The notes below the pieces were generated by a model that saw nothing but the letters and a program-made list of their open reading frames with translations, was not told the DNA's origin and did not search any database. DNA of 64,000 nt from Acidimicrobiia bacterium (lineage in GTDB: Bacteria > Actinomycetota > Acidimicrobiia > Spongiisociales > UBA11373): assembly GCA_040878325.1 (NCBI GenBank), contig JBBDMM010000011.1, positions 1 to 64,000 of the forward strand, given 5' to 3'. Within the stretch, counting starts at the first letter, position 1; each line of letters begins with the position of its first letter. Shown here in pieces: positions 28,508 through 37,420 of this stretch. A program made the position numbers and the translations under genes.

Positions 28508-29692
28508 CTACCGCGTGCGGACTTCGTTGACCCCGGCGCCACCGCGCACCTTGTCACCGGCGGACGCCACGATGAGGTCGTTCCCGCGGCCGCCAGAGAG
28601 AGTGTTGCGGCCGGCCCCTCCTTCGATCACGTCTCTGCCTGACCCGCCGATGATTCGGTCGTCACCATCACCGCCGTAGATGCTGTCATTGCCGCCGCGG
28701 CCGCAGATGACATCGTTGCCGCCGAGACCGTAGATGGTGTCTGCCCCGCCGAGCCCGACGATCACGTCGCGCCCGTTGGTCCCCTTCAACACATCTGGCC
28801 CGCTCGTGCCGAGGATGGTCGGCTGGAGTCCCTTGCACAGTTGGTATGTGCGCACGATGGGTCGAGCACCGGAGACGAAGTCGACTCCGACGTTGAATCC
28901 GTTGACCTTGACGAGCGCTTCGTTCTGGGATCCCGCGAGCGAACCGCCGGAAGCCGAGATGACGCGCTTCCCGTCGGCTACCTCGATCGCGTAGCCGCCG
29001 CCGGCGTTGGTCTTTGCCTGCCGGCCTCCGGCGGTGACGGTCACCCCGAGGAGACCCTCACCGAGGTCCATTCGGCCGTTGCGGTTGTCGTCCGAGTAGA
29101 CGACCCCGGTGACGAAGAGCAGCGGGTTGTCTCTCATGCCGGTGTGGACTGCCCAATAGTTCGACGAGTCGCTTCGCCCCACTCCGATTTCGAGGTAGTC
29201 GGCGAAGGTGCCTTCTCCGAAGATGTGGCGCCGGTGGGAGGGTGAGTTGGCGAAGCTGCCGACCACCCGGATCGCCACGCTGCTGCCCGAGTTCAGCGAC
29301 TCGATGTAGTTCGCATCGTCGGACCACCACGACGGCAGCGGATAGCCCGCGTCGCGCGCCAATTTGTTGGGCCACTTTCCGGTGGCCGCGCTCTGGTGGG
29401 CGAAATAGCCGAATCGTGCCATCTCGTTGGCCTTGAAGGTCGCCGACTCAGCCAGGGCCTGGTTGAGGGCAACCGGTGGCTGGGGGAGCACGTCGGACGG
29501 CACCGACGAGTTCGTCTCCGCACCGAAGGCGGCGGGACCCCAGCGGGCCCGATTGATCTCATATACGACGAGTTGTGCCTCGACGATGGGATCGATCGCT
29601 GCATCGGCCTCGGGGGTGTGAAATGCCGCTGCGGCGACCAGCGCCAGGGCTGTTACGAGGACGAGCAGGCTGCCACGGAGAGTAGTCATCAT
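28508..29692 (-). CDS. Secreted CAP-domain protein with C-terminal hemolysin-type Ca-binding repeats
   Basis: Signal peptide; EMARFGYFAH, NSPSHRRHI, EIGVG; GVVYSD..NG beta domain; GGxGxD repeats. Confidence 0.85.
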   Translation of the reverse strand: MMTTLRGSLLVLVTALALVAAAAFHTPEADAAIDPIVEAQLVVYEINRARWGPAAFGAETNSSVPSDVLPQPPVALNQALAESATFKANEMARFGYFAHQSAATGKWPNKLARDAGYPLPSWWSDDANYIESLNSGSSVAIRVVGSFANSPSHRRHIFGEGTFADYLEIGVGRSDSSNYWAVHTGMRDNPLLFVTGVVYSDDNRNGRMDLGEGLLGVTVTAGGRQAKTNAGGGYAIEVADGKRVISASGGSLAGSQNEALVKVNGFNVGVDFVSGARPIVRTYQLCKGLQPTILGTSGPDVLKGTNGRDVIVGLGGADTIYGLGGNDVICGRGGNDSIYGGDGDDRIIGGSGRDVIEGGAGRNTLSGGRGNDLIVASAGDKVRGGAGVNEVRTR

Positions 29693-29757
29693 GACTACTC
29701 ATCGGAGAGGTTCCCCGTGAGCTTGAACAGAAAATGGTGAGGACCCGTCTGCGGTGA

Positions 29758-30813
29758 CTAGCCCGCAGGGGTGGAGGTCGACTCGAACGGGAGCGGCTGA
29801 CGCGGTCCCGCGTACAAGGTGCCGTACACCTCGGCGACCTCGTCCGCGTTGGGCCCTTCGACGAGCTTGGAGAACACGATCATCCGCTGTTGTGAGGTGT
29901 ACTTCGGGTGGCAGGTGATCAGCGTGAGCCAGGCTCCGTCCATCGGCTGCACCACCCAGGTGTCGGTTGGCCGCACCAACTCCACCGACACCACCTGGTA
30001 GGTGTGCACCCCGATCAGCGTCTCGACGGTGAACCGATCTCCCGGGGCCATTCGGTCGAGGTTGCCGAACGGCCCGCCGTAGGTGGTGCGGTGGCCGCTG
30101 ATGACGGCGTTCCCGTACTGACCAGGCATCGGAGTGCCCGGCATGTGCCCCGGGCCCTTCTTGAGATGACTCGGATTGACCCCTTGAACGACCACCCAGT
30201 CGATCGATGCGGCGGGGATCACGATCCGTCCGAGTGCCTCGCCATTCGGCGGGTCCGCCTCGAACATCCACCCCGCCAACTGGGTGGGGTCGTTGATCAT
30301 CGGGGTCGTTTCGACCGGAGCACCGAAGATCACCGGGACGTCTTCCTCGGTCTCGAAGTCGCCCTCCACCACCGACTCCACGTCCGAGGGCGCGGCGTCA
30401 GGGTCGAAGGCCGCGGCGAGGAGGCCGCTCGCGGCGAGGGACTGCCGCTGGACGAACTGATCGCGCAGATCGTCCTGAGCTCGGGCGGCGGCGCGATCGG
30501 ACACCACCACCGACGAGAGGCTGTAGAAGACCGCGCCGCCACCAGCCAGCAGCAGGAGGAGGCCGGCGATCAATGGGACGATGAAGCTTCGGCGCCTCGG
30601 CGTTCCTTCCGACGCTGAGTCGTCGGGAGGTTCGGTGGAGGTTCCTTTGTGAACTGAGACGGGGCGCGGCGTCGGCGACTGCTTCTTGGTCGATGCGGTG
30701 GAGGCACGTGCGGGGCGCTTGGGCGCGACGATGCGCCCGTCGAACACGCCGATGTCGGCCGACTTGTCGTAGGTCAGCGCCGCCGACCCGGTCTCGGGGA
30801 CTTTCGTCGCCAT
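29758..30813 (-). CDS. Class E-type sortase
   Basis: TM anchor; LKKGPGH, GNAVISGHRTTYG, LTLITCHP, QR. Confidence 0.92.
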   Translation of the reverse strand: MATKVPETGSAALTYDKSADIGVFDGRIVAPKRPARASTASTKKQSPTPRPVSVHKGTSTEPPDDSASEGTPRRRSFIVPLIAGLLLLLAGGGAVFYSLSSVVVSDRAAARAQDDLRDQFVQRQSLAASGLLAAAFDPDAAPSDVESVVEGDFETEEDVPVIFGAPVETTPMINDPTQLAGWMFEADPPNGEALGRIVIPAASIDWVVVQGVNPSHLKKGPGHMPGTPMPGQYGNAVISGHRTTYGGPFGNLDRMAPGDRFTVETLIGVHTYQVVSVELVRPTDTWVVQPMDGAWLTLITCHPKYTSQQRMIVFSKLVEGPNADEVAEVYGTLYAGPRQPLPFESTSTPAG

Positions 30814-31087
30814 GACGGTCGAGACTACTCGGAGTGGCAGGGAGTGGAGAAGTTTTCTCGCTCGATCAGCGAGCTCGGTCTGGGGGTGCCTGCCAGCGAT
30901 CGCTCCCAGGAAGGCGGTCCGGCGGCGCACAGCCCCGGTATTTGCCACGCAGAGCGCGCGGTGACTATGATCCGTGGCTTCAAGGAGGGGAACGCCAGGG
31001 CCTTGGGCCCGGCAGCGCCGATTCAGGACCGCCGCTTGCGGTCGGGCGGGGCGTCGGATCCGGGCTCCGAACCAGGAGCTAGGTGTC

Positions 31088-32575
31088 ATGTCGGCAGTTG
31101 TTCATTCGCAGCGGGGGCGGGTTGGTGGCGCGCTCATCTTGGTAGGGGCGATGCTGCTTGCGTTCGCCGGCATCGTCGTCATCGGTGCGGTGCCCGCTTC
31201 GGCTGCCGCCGGCGACGCCTGCCTGCTGTCTCCTTCCGATGGTCCCTTCGACTTCGACCCCGGCAGCGGCACAGTCACCTACAACGTCATCAACGGCACC
31301 GCCGGTGACGACAACATCTCCGGGACGACGGGTGACGACCTCATCTATGGCAACGGCGGCAACGACACCATCAACGCCCTCAGCGGCAATGACATCATCT
31401 GCACCCTCGGTGGCAACGACACGATCAACGGGGACAGCGGGAACGACAGCATCTTCGCCGGCGATGGCGACAACGATGTCGACGGCGACGCCGGTGCGGA
31501 CGTGATCGTGACCGGTTCGGGCAACGACACGATCCAGGGTGGCGAGGACTCCGATGACATCGACGCGGGCGACGGCGACAACGATGTCGAGGGCAACAGT
31601 GACGCCGATGTGATCGTGACCGGTTCGGGCAACGACACGATCCAGGGTGGCGACGGCGCCGATGACATCGACGCGGGCGACGGTGACAACGATATCGAGG
31701 GCAACGGTGGGGCCGATGTGATCGTGACCGGTTCGGGCAACGACACGATCCAGGGTGGCGACGATGCCGACTCCATCACCTCCGGGGCTGGCAACGACGA
31801 CATCGAGGGCAACGGGGGCGCCGACTGCATCGCCGCCGGGGCGGGCATCGACGTCATCTCCGGTGGAGACGGGGCTGACCAGATCTCCGGTGGGTCGGGC
31901 AACGACGCCATAACCGGCAACGGAGGCAACGATCAGCTCTCGGGAGGCGCCGACGACGACACCCTCACTGGGAACGCTGGTGCCGACGTGTTCGACGGCG
32001 GACCCGGTACGAACATCTTCGTCGATTTCAACGCCGTTCAGGGGGACATCGAGGGCACTGCCACTGTCAGCTGTGCCTCCGCGGAGGACACGACCGGTAC
32101 CACGACTACGACGATCGCGGGGGGGTCGACGACGACGACGTTGGGTAGCGGCAGTACGACGACGACGTTGGGTAGCGGCAGTACGACGACGACGTTGGGT
32201 AGCGGCAGTACGACGACGACATTGGAGTTGGGTGACGGGACCACGACGACGACGTTGGGGAACAGCACCACGACGACGGTGCTCGGCCCGGATACCACGA
32301 CCACGACGGTGGCGGGTACGACCACGACCGTCGGCGATGGCACGACCACGACTGCCGGCGACGGCACCACCACGACGGTGTTGGGCCCCGACGAACCGAC
32401 GACCACGACGACGGTTGGTGGGACCACCACGACCGTGCTGGGGCCGGACGATCCCGAGTTGCCGAACAATGGCGCCGGGCACCTGCTGGCGATCCTGCTC
32501 GGTGGGCTCGGGTTCGTGTTCATGGGCAGCGGCTCGCTGGTGATCGCCACCGAGCGCCGTCGCCTGTTCCGCTAG
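31088..32575 (+). CDS. Cell-wall-anchored RTX/Ca-binding repeat protein with Thr-rich stalk
   Basis: Signal peptide; many GxGNDxI nonapeptides; Thr-rich linker; LPNNG + hydrophobic stretch + RRRLFR tail. Confidence 0.88.
   Translation: MSAVVHSQRGRVGGALILVGAMLLAFAGIVVIGAVPASAAAGDACLLSPSDGPFDFDPGSGTVTYNVINGTAGDDNISGTTGDDLIYGNGGNDTINALSGNDIICTLGGNDTINGDSGNDSIFAGDGDNDVDGDAGADVIVTGSGNDTIQGGEDSDDIDAGDGDNDVEGNSDADVIVTGSGNDTIQGGDGADDIDAGDGDNDIEGNGGADVIVTGSGNDTIQGGDDADSITSGAGNDDIEGNGGADCIAAGAGIDVISGGDGADQISGGSGNDAITGNGGNDQLSGGADDDTLTGNAGADVFDGGPGTNIFVDFNAVQGDIEGTATVSCASAEDTTGTTTTTIAGGSTTTTLGSGSTTTTLGSGSTTTTLGSGSTTTTLELGDGTTTTTLGNSTTTTVLGPDTTTTTVAGTTTTVGDGTTTTAGDGTTTTVLGPDEPTTTTTVGGTTTTVLGPDDPELPNNGAGHLLAILLGGLGFVFMGSGSLVIATERRRLFR
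31502..31825. repeat. Intragenic 108-bp tandem repeat, about 3 copies
   Basis: GTGATCGTGACCGGTTCGGGCAACGACACGATCCAGGGTGGCGA starts at 31502, 31610 and 31718. Confidence 0.9.
32141..32220. repeat. Intragenic 27-bp tandem repeat x3 (LGSGSTTTT)
   Basis: TTGGGTAGCGGCAGTACGACGACGAC at 32141, 32168 and 32195. Confidence 0.9.
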
Positions 32576-32590
32576 ACCCTGAAATGCCCG

Positions 32591-32623
32591 ACTGGGGCCG
32601 GCGCCGCAAGGCGGCGGCCCAGT
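32591..32623 (+). terminator. Hairpin with GCAA loop after the surface protein gene
   Basis: ACTGGG-GCCG-GCGCC-GCAA-GGCG-GCGGC-CCAGT. Confidence 0.45.
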
Positions 32624-32669
32624 CGCGTCGCCTGCAACAAATCGGTCGCTCCGGCGGTTGTTGTCGGTT

Positions 32670-33587
32670 GTGACCCACGCCATTCGCGGCGAGCGCTTGC
32701 TGGTGCCCTTGTCGCTCGCGCTCGTGTACGTGGTCTGGGGCTCCACCTATCTGGTGCTGCGGTGGGGCCTCGAGGGCTTCCCCGCCTTCGTGATGAATGG
32801 CATTCGCCTCGTGGTCGCCGGAGGGCTGCTCTACCCGATTGCACGGCGGCGGGGAAGGGCACACCCGACGGCGGTGGAATGGCGTAATGCCGCCTTCGTG
32901 GGGGCGGTGCTCTTCATCGGCGGGCTGGGATTGGTGACCGTGGCCGAGGACAACGGCGTCGGTTCCGGCCTGGCAGCATCGGCCGTGGCAGTGATGCCGC
33001 TCTGGGCCGCCCTGTGGAGCGGGCTCTTTGGTCGCTGGCCGAATCGACTGGAGTGGGCCGGGCTGGTCGTCGGCTTCACCGGAGTGATCCTGCTCAGCCG
33101 CGAAGGAGATTTCCGGAGCAGCGGGCTGGGGACGCTCCTGATGGTCTTGTCCCCGTTTCTCTGGGCGTTCGGGTCGGTGGTGTCCTCGCGATTGCGCATG
33201 CCGCAGGGGCTGATGGCATCGGCCGCCCAGATGCTGACAGGGGGCGCGGTGCTCATCGTCGCCGGGCTGGTCCGGGGGGAGCGGATCGAGGAGATGCCAG
33301 GGCTCGGCCCATGGCTGGCCCTGGCGTATCTGACGATCTTCGGATCGCTGTTCGCCTATACGGCGTACGCCTATCTGCTCTCACACACCAGACCGGCGGT
33401 GGCGACCTCCTACGCCTATGTGAACCCGGCAGTGGCGGTGGCGCTCGGGGTGACTCTTGGCGATGAGGTGATCGGGGTGTGGGCCCTCGTCGGGTTGCCC
33501 ATCATCCTGCTGGGGGTCGCCCTGGTCGGCCTCGCCCAACGGCGTCCCCGGGTCGTGGCTCCGGCGCCGGGTGGCGCCGCCACCTAG
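32670..33587 (+). CDS. EamA/YedA drug/metabolite transporter
   Basis: VYVVWGSTYL, YLTIFGS, SYAYVNPAVAV; about 10 TM segments. Confidence 0.92.
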   Translation: MTHAIRGERLLVPLSLALVYVVWGSTYLVLRWGLEGFPAFVMNGIRLVVAGGLLYPIARRRGRAHPTAVEWRNAAFVGAVLFIGGLGLVTVAEDNGVGSGLAASAVAVMPLWAALWSGLFGRWPNRLEWAGLVVGFTGVILLSREGDFRSSGLGTLLMVLSPFLWAFGSVVSSRLRMPQGLMASAAQMLTGGAVLIVAGLVRGERIEEMPGLGPWLALAYLTIFGSLFAYTAYAYLLSHTRPAVATSYAYVNPAVAVALGVTLGDEVIGVWALVGLPIILLGVALVGLAQRRPRVVAPAPGGAAT

Positions 33588-34003
33588 CCGGTCGGCAGGG
33601 CGTTCGCGATTTGGGAGCCGACCCGGAGGCGGTGGGCATCGTCGTCGTAGCGAGTCCGGGGCCAGAAGAAGCCCCGCAGTCCGTCGCCCTTCGACCGGGG
33701 GACGACATGGACATGGAGGTGAGGCACGCTCTGGCTGATGGTGTTGTTCATCGCCACGAAGGTGCCCTGGGCATCTAGACCCACCCGCACCGCGATCGCG
33801 AGGCGCCGGGCGGTGATGGCGAGGTTCGCCGCCAATTCATCCGGTAGATCCTCGAGGGTGTCGAAGTGGCGGCGAGGAACCAGCAGGGTGTGGCCGATGA
33901 ACACAGGTCGATTGTCGAGGAACCCGATGAACTCCGCCTCATCGAGTACCAGGTCCGCCGGCTGGGCGCCGTCGACGATCGCGCAAAAGGCACATTCGGT
34001 CAC
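33584..34003 (-). CDS. HIT family protein
   Basis: CAFCAI, GHTLLVPRRH, SQSVPHLHVHVVPR. Confidence 0.95.
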   Translation of the reverse strand: MTECAFCAIVDGAQPADLVLDEAEFIGFLDNRPVFIGHTLLVPRRHFDTLEDLPDELAANLAITARRLAIAVRVGLDAQGTFVAMNNTISQSVPHLHVHVVPRSKGDGLRGFFWPRTRYDDDAHRLRVGSQIANALPTG

Positions 34004-34074
34004 GGCATGACGCTACAGGACGCATAGTGACCCGCCCCTGGCATACTCGGTCGCCGACCACCCGCCAGGAGAAA

Positions 34075-35274
34075 ATGCGGAAGACCCGACGGATCGTGAT
34101 TCCCGGCGCGTTGCTGGCGCTGCTCCCCATCATCGGGGTAGCCGGCCAATCCTCCGCCGGCGCGGACAACGTGACTTGTTTCGGGGAGGCGGCGAACGTG
34201 ATCGGGACCGATGGCTCCGACACCATCGATCTCCAGGATGGCAGTCATGGCCCCGGGCCGTTCGTCGTGGCGACGTTGGGCGGGAACGACGTGGTGTTCG
34301 GGTCCGATTCTGCCGACACCGTGTGCCTCGGCTCGGGTAGCGACCGATTCGAGGGTCGTGGCGGTGCCGACCGGGCCTCGGGAGGGCGCGGCGGCGACAT
34401 CTTGATCGGAGCCGATGGGCCCGATGCGTTTCGTGGCGGCAAGGGGGGCGACCGATTGATCGGTGGCCCGGGTAGCGACGACCTACGCGGCGGCAAAGGC
34501 CAGGATCACATCGATGGCGGCTCGGGCGACGATCTCATCAAGGGCGGCCTCGGTGATGACCGCCTCAACGGGGGAGACGGGTCGGGGGCCGACAGTGGGG
34601 TCGACGACATCCGCGGGGGCCGGGGATTCGATCGGCTGTGGTCGGACTGGAGCCACTTCGACGGCGACGACGACAGCATTCTCCGCGGTGGGCAGGACTA
34701 CGACTACTGCGCCAATGGGGCGGAACAGCATGGCTGTGAGCGCCTCCACTACCAGGCGTCCTCCTTTTCGGCGGCCCGCGAGGAGTGGCGGGACATGATC
34801 ACCGACACCTTCGGCCGATGGGGTCTCGACGAGGAGGACTGCGCCGTCGTCAACAGTGAGGAGCGCTGCGTCGGCCCCCAGATCGAGCAGGCCCTCGACG
34901 TGCTGGTCTGTGAGAGCTGGGGCTTCCCGTTCGCCCTCGCCGGCAGCACCGGCGTCTCTGGACTGTTCCAACACCGCCCCGAGTACTTCCCAGGACGGCT
35001 CGCCAATGCCATGGCCGAAGGATGGGTGGTCTACGACTGGCCGGACAATCCCAGCATCTTCGATCCCGAGTTGAACGCCATGGTGTCGGCGTACCTGGTC
35101 TGGCGATCGCGCGAGGTCCAGTTGGGCCGGATCGCCTACCCAGGGTACGAGTCGGGCCCCCCATACCTCAGCAACTGGGCGAAGGGGCCCGAGCCGTGGG
35201 GGCACTGGACGTGCGGGGCGCATCGCGGCTTCTGGGATTCGTCCTGGGTACATCCGTCGTTCGACGGAGTCTGA
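34075..35274 (+). CDS. Secreted Ca-binding repeat protein with C-terminal lytic-transglycosylase-like domain
   Basis: Signal peptide; GGxGxD repeats; ALDVLVCES...SGLFQH...IFDPELN. Confidence 0.75.
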   Translation: MRKTRRIVIPGALLALLPIIGVAGQSSAGADNVTCFGEAANVIGTDGSDTIDLQDGSHGPGPFVVATLGGNDVVFGSDSADTVCLGSGSDRFEGRGGADRASGGRGGDILIGADGPDAFRGGKGGDRLIGGPGSDDLRGGKGQDHIDGGSGDDLIKGGLGDDRLNGGDGSGADSGVDDIRGGRGFDRLWSDWSHFDGDDDSILRGGQDYDYCANGAEQHGCERLHYQASSFSAAREEWRDMITDTFGRWGLDEEDCAVVNSEERCVGPQIEQALDVLVCESWGFPFALAGSTGVSGLFQHRPEYFPGRLANAMAEGWVVYDWPDNPSIFDPELNAMVSAYLVWRSREVQLGRIAYPGYESGPPYLSNWAKGPEPWGHWTCGAHRGFWDSSWVHPSFDGV

Positions 35275-35314
35275 GCGGAGCACACCCCCGGGTATGCCCA
35301 TATCATCCGGCGCC

Positions 35315-36604
35315 ATGACTCCAGACCTGGGCACGAGGCGCCGCCTCGCCATCCTCACCATCGCCGTCGCGATCGCCGGCGCGACGGTGGTAGTGGCGTT
35401 GCCCGCCGGCGCCGCGGTCAGCCTCTCCGAAGTCGAGGCGGCCGAGCAGGCGCTCGATGACGCCGCGGCAGCCCTTGCCGCGTCCGAGGCCGATCTGGCC
35501 GAGGCCGAATCCGAGCGGAGCCGACTCGACTCCATGCTCGCCCGTCTGGCGGACCGCGAATCGGACCTCGAGGACGAGGCATCGGTCCATGCCCAGTCGG
35601 TACGCGCTCGTATCGCCCGGATGTACATGGTCGCCCAGTCGGGATCGTCCCAACTGGTCGTCACCGATGTCGCCTCCTTCTCGTCCCGTGTCGCCTACCT
35701 GGGGGCGATCGCGGAGCGCGACCGATCAGAGGTGATCGACCTGGCATTCATCGGCGCCGATATCGTCCACCTCCGAGCCGAGGTGCAGGAGGCCATCGGC
35801 CATTGGGAGGGCGAGATCGCCACTCGTGCCGTCGTCGTTGCCGAGCGCCGCTCGGTGCATTCAGAGGTGAAAACGCGGTTCGATAGCCTCCGGGAACAAT
35901 GGGAGCGCGAGGAAGCCGCCCGGCAGGCGGCCCTGGAAGCCGAAATACGCCGTCAGGAGGAGGAGCTCGCCAGCCAGACCACCTCCACCGCGGGCCCCAC
36001 CACCCGTCCCAACTCGACCACCACCACCGTCATCTACCCCTATGTGCCGAGTGAAGGCGTCGAGCAGTGGCGGTCCCTGGTGAACGAGGTGTTCGGGCGC
36101 TGGGGCCTCAACCAGACGAAGTGCGCGACCCGTGACGGCGTCGAGTTCTGCGTCGGCTCGCAGGTCGACAACGCTCTCAACGTGATGCAGTGCGAGAGCG
36201 GAGGCAATCCGATGGCGCGCAACCCCTCATCGGACGCCTCCGGGCTGTTTCAGCACCTTCCCTTCTACTGGCAGTATCGGGTCGATCGGGTTCGCTCGCT
36301 CCATCCCGACAAGTCGGGCGGGCTGCCGGCCGACGCTTCGATCTTCAACCCCGAGTACAACGCCACCGTGGCCGCCCTCCTCGTTTGGGAGTCGCGGGAG
36401 ACCCTTCTCGGCAATCGCAGCGGCGGTGGGTGGAGCCCGGCGGTGTGGCCAGAGTTCAACTTCGATCGGTACGACGAGGTGGGGCGCGGATACAGCGTAT
36501 GGGGCCTCGGCCCTGGTCCCTGGGGCCACTGGTCGTGTGGGGACCGCCGGGGGGTCTACGAGGGCGCCTGGATCCACCCCTGGGCCCAGCAGCAGCAGCC
36601 GTGA
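35315..36604 (+). CDS. Secreted coiled-coil protein with lytic-transglycosylase-like domain
   Basis: Signal peptide; PcsB-like coiled coil; Thr linker; MQCESGGNPMARNPSSDASGLFQH, IFNPEYN. Confidence 0.82.
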   Translation: MTPDLGTRRRLAILTIAVAIAGATVVVALPAGAAVSLSEVEAAEQALDDAAAALAASEADLAEAESERSRLDSMLARLADRESDLEDEASVHAQSVRARIARMYMVAQSGSSQLVVTDVASFSSRVAYLGAIAERDRSEVIDLAFIGADIVHLRAEVQEAIGHWEGEIATRAVVVAERRSVHSEVKTRFDSLREQWEREEAARQAALEAEIRRQEEELASQTTSTAGPTTRPNSTTTTVIYPYVPSEGVEQWRSLVNEVFGRWGLNQTKCATRDGVEFCVGSQVDNALNVMQCESGGNPMARNPSSDASGLFQHLPFYWQYRVDRVRSLHPDKSGGLPADASIFNPEYNATVAALLVWESRETLLGNRSGGGWSPAVWPEFNFDRYDEVGRGYSVWGLGPGPWGHWSCGDRRGVYEGAWIHPWAQQQQP

Positions 36605-37416
36605 CGAGCTTCTGGCAACGGTTCCGCTCCGCGGCTCAGGTACGGCAGCGAACCTGGGGTGAGCCGCGTTCCGCCAACGGGGCGTCGTCGTTCCATCTCG
36701 TCTGGGAGGTGCCGCAGACGCCGCTGATCGAGGTGTCGGCAGTGCTGGAAGTGCTGCAGCAGCCGTCAGTGCGTCGCCTGTACTTCTTCGCCCTTCAGGT
36801 GAGCTTCGCGTCGGATCGGCGGCTGCGCGGCGGTGCCCACCTCGGCCTTCAGTGGAACCCCGCCTTTCCCGACTCGACCGCGGCCAATTGGGGCGGATAC
36901 GGGCCTGCCGACGGAGCCTCGCGCCTGCTGGTTGGCTCGCGGTCGCCGTTGAAGAGCAGCCGCAACGACGTCAACACCCGGGACTTCGTCTGGAAGGCGG
37001 GTCGGCGCTACCGGCTGCGAGTGGCGCCGTCGCCCGACGGGCCCCCGGATGTCCACGCCTGGCGGGGGACCATCGCCGACCTCGAGGCCGGGGTCGAGGT
37101 GGTGGTCCGGGATCTCTACACGGATGGCGCGTATCTGACCGCGCCGATGGTGTGGAGCGAGGTGTTCGCCCGGTGCGAGCAGCCGTCGGTGTCGGCCCGG
37201 TGGTCGGACCTGCGGGCGGTGGCGGCATCGGGAGAAGACGTGCGGCCGCAGCGGGTGCGGGTCAACTACCAGTCGCGGGCCGACGGTGGTTGCGACAACA
37301 CCAGTGTGATCGTCGACGAACTCGGCCTGGTCCAGACGACCTCGGTCGAGCGTCAGATTCCCCAGGGGGCGCTGTTGCCCGTGCCGGGTAGCGTCCGGCC
37401 TCCGCGGGAGGGCTGA
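36601..37416 (+). CDS. Hypothetical beta-rich protein
   Basis: GTGA overlap with the upstream gene; coding-like codon bias; GAHLGLQW, ANWGGY. Confidence 0.75.
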   Translation: MTSFWQRFRSAAQVRQRTWGEPRSANGASSFHLVWEVPQTPLIEVSAVLEVLQQPSVRRLYFFALQVSFASDRRLRGGAHLGLQWNPAFPDSTAANWGGYGPADGASRLLVGSRSPLKSSRNDVNTRDFVWKAGRRYRLRVAPSPDGPPDVHAWRGTIADLEAGVEVVVRDLYTDGAYLTAPMVWSEVFARCEQPSVSARWSDLRAVAASGEDVRPQRVRVNYQSRADGGCDNTSVIVDELGLVQTTSVERQIPQGALLPVPGSVRPPREG

Positions 37417-37420
37417 GGGT

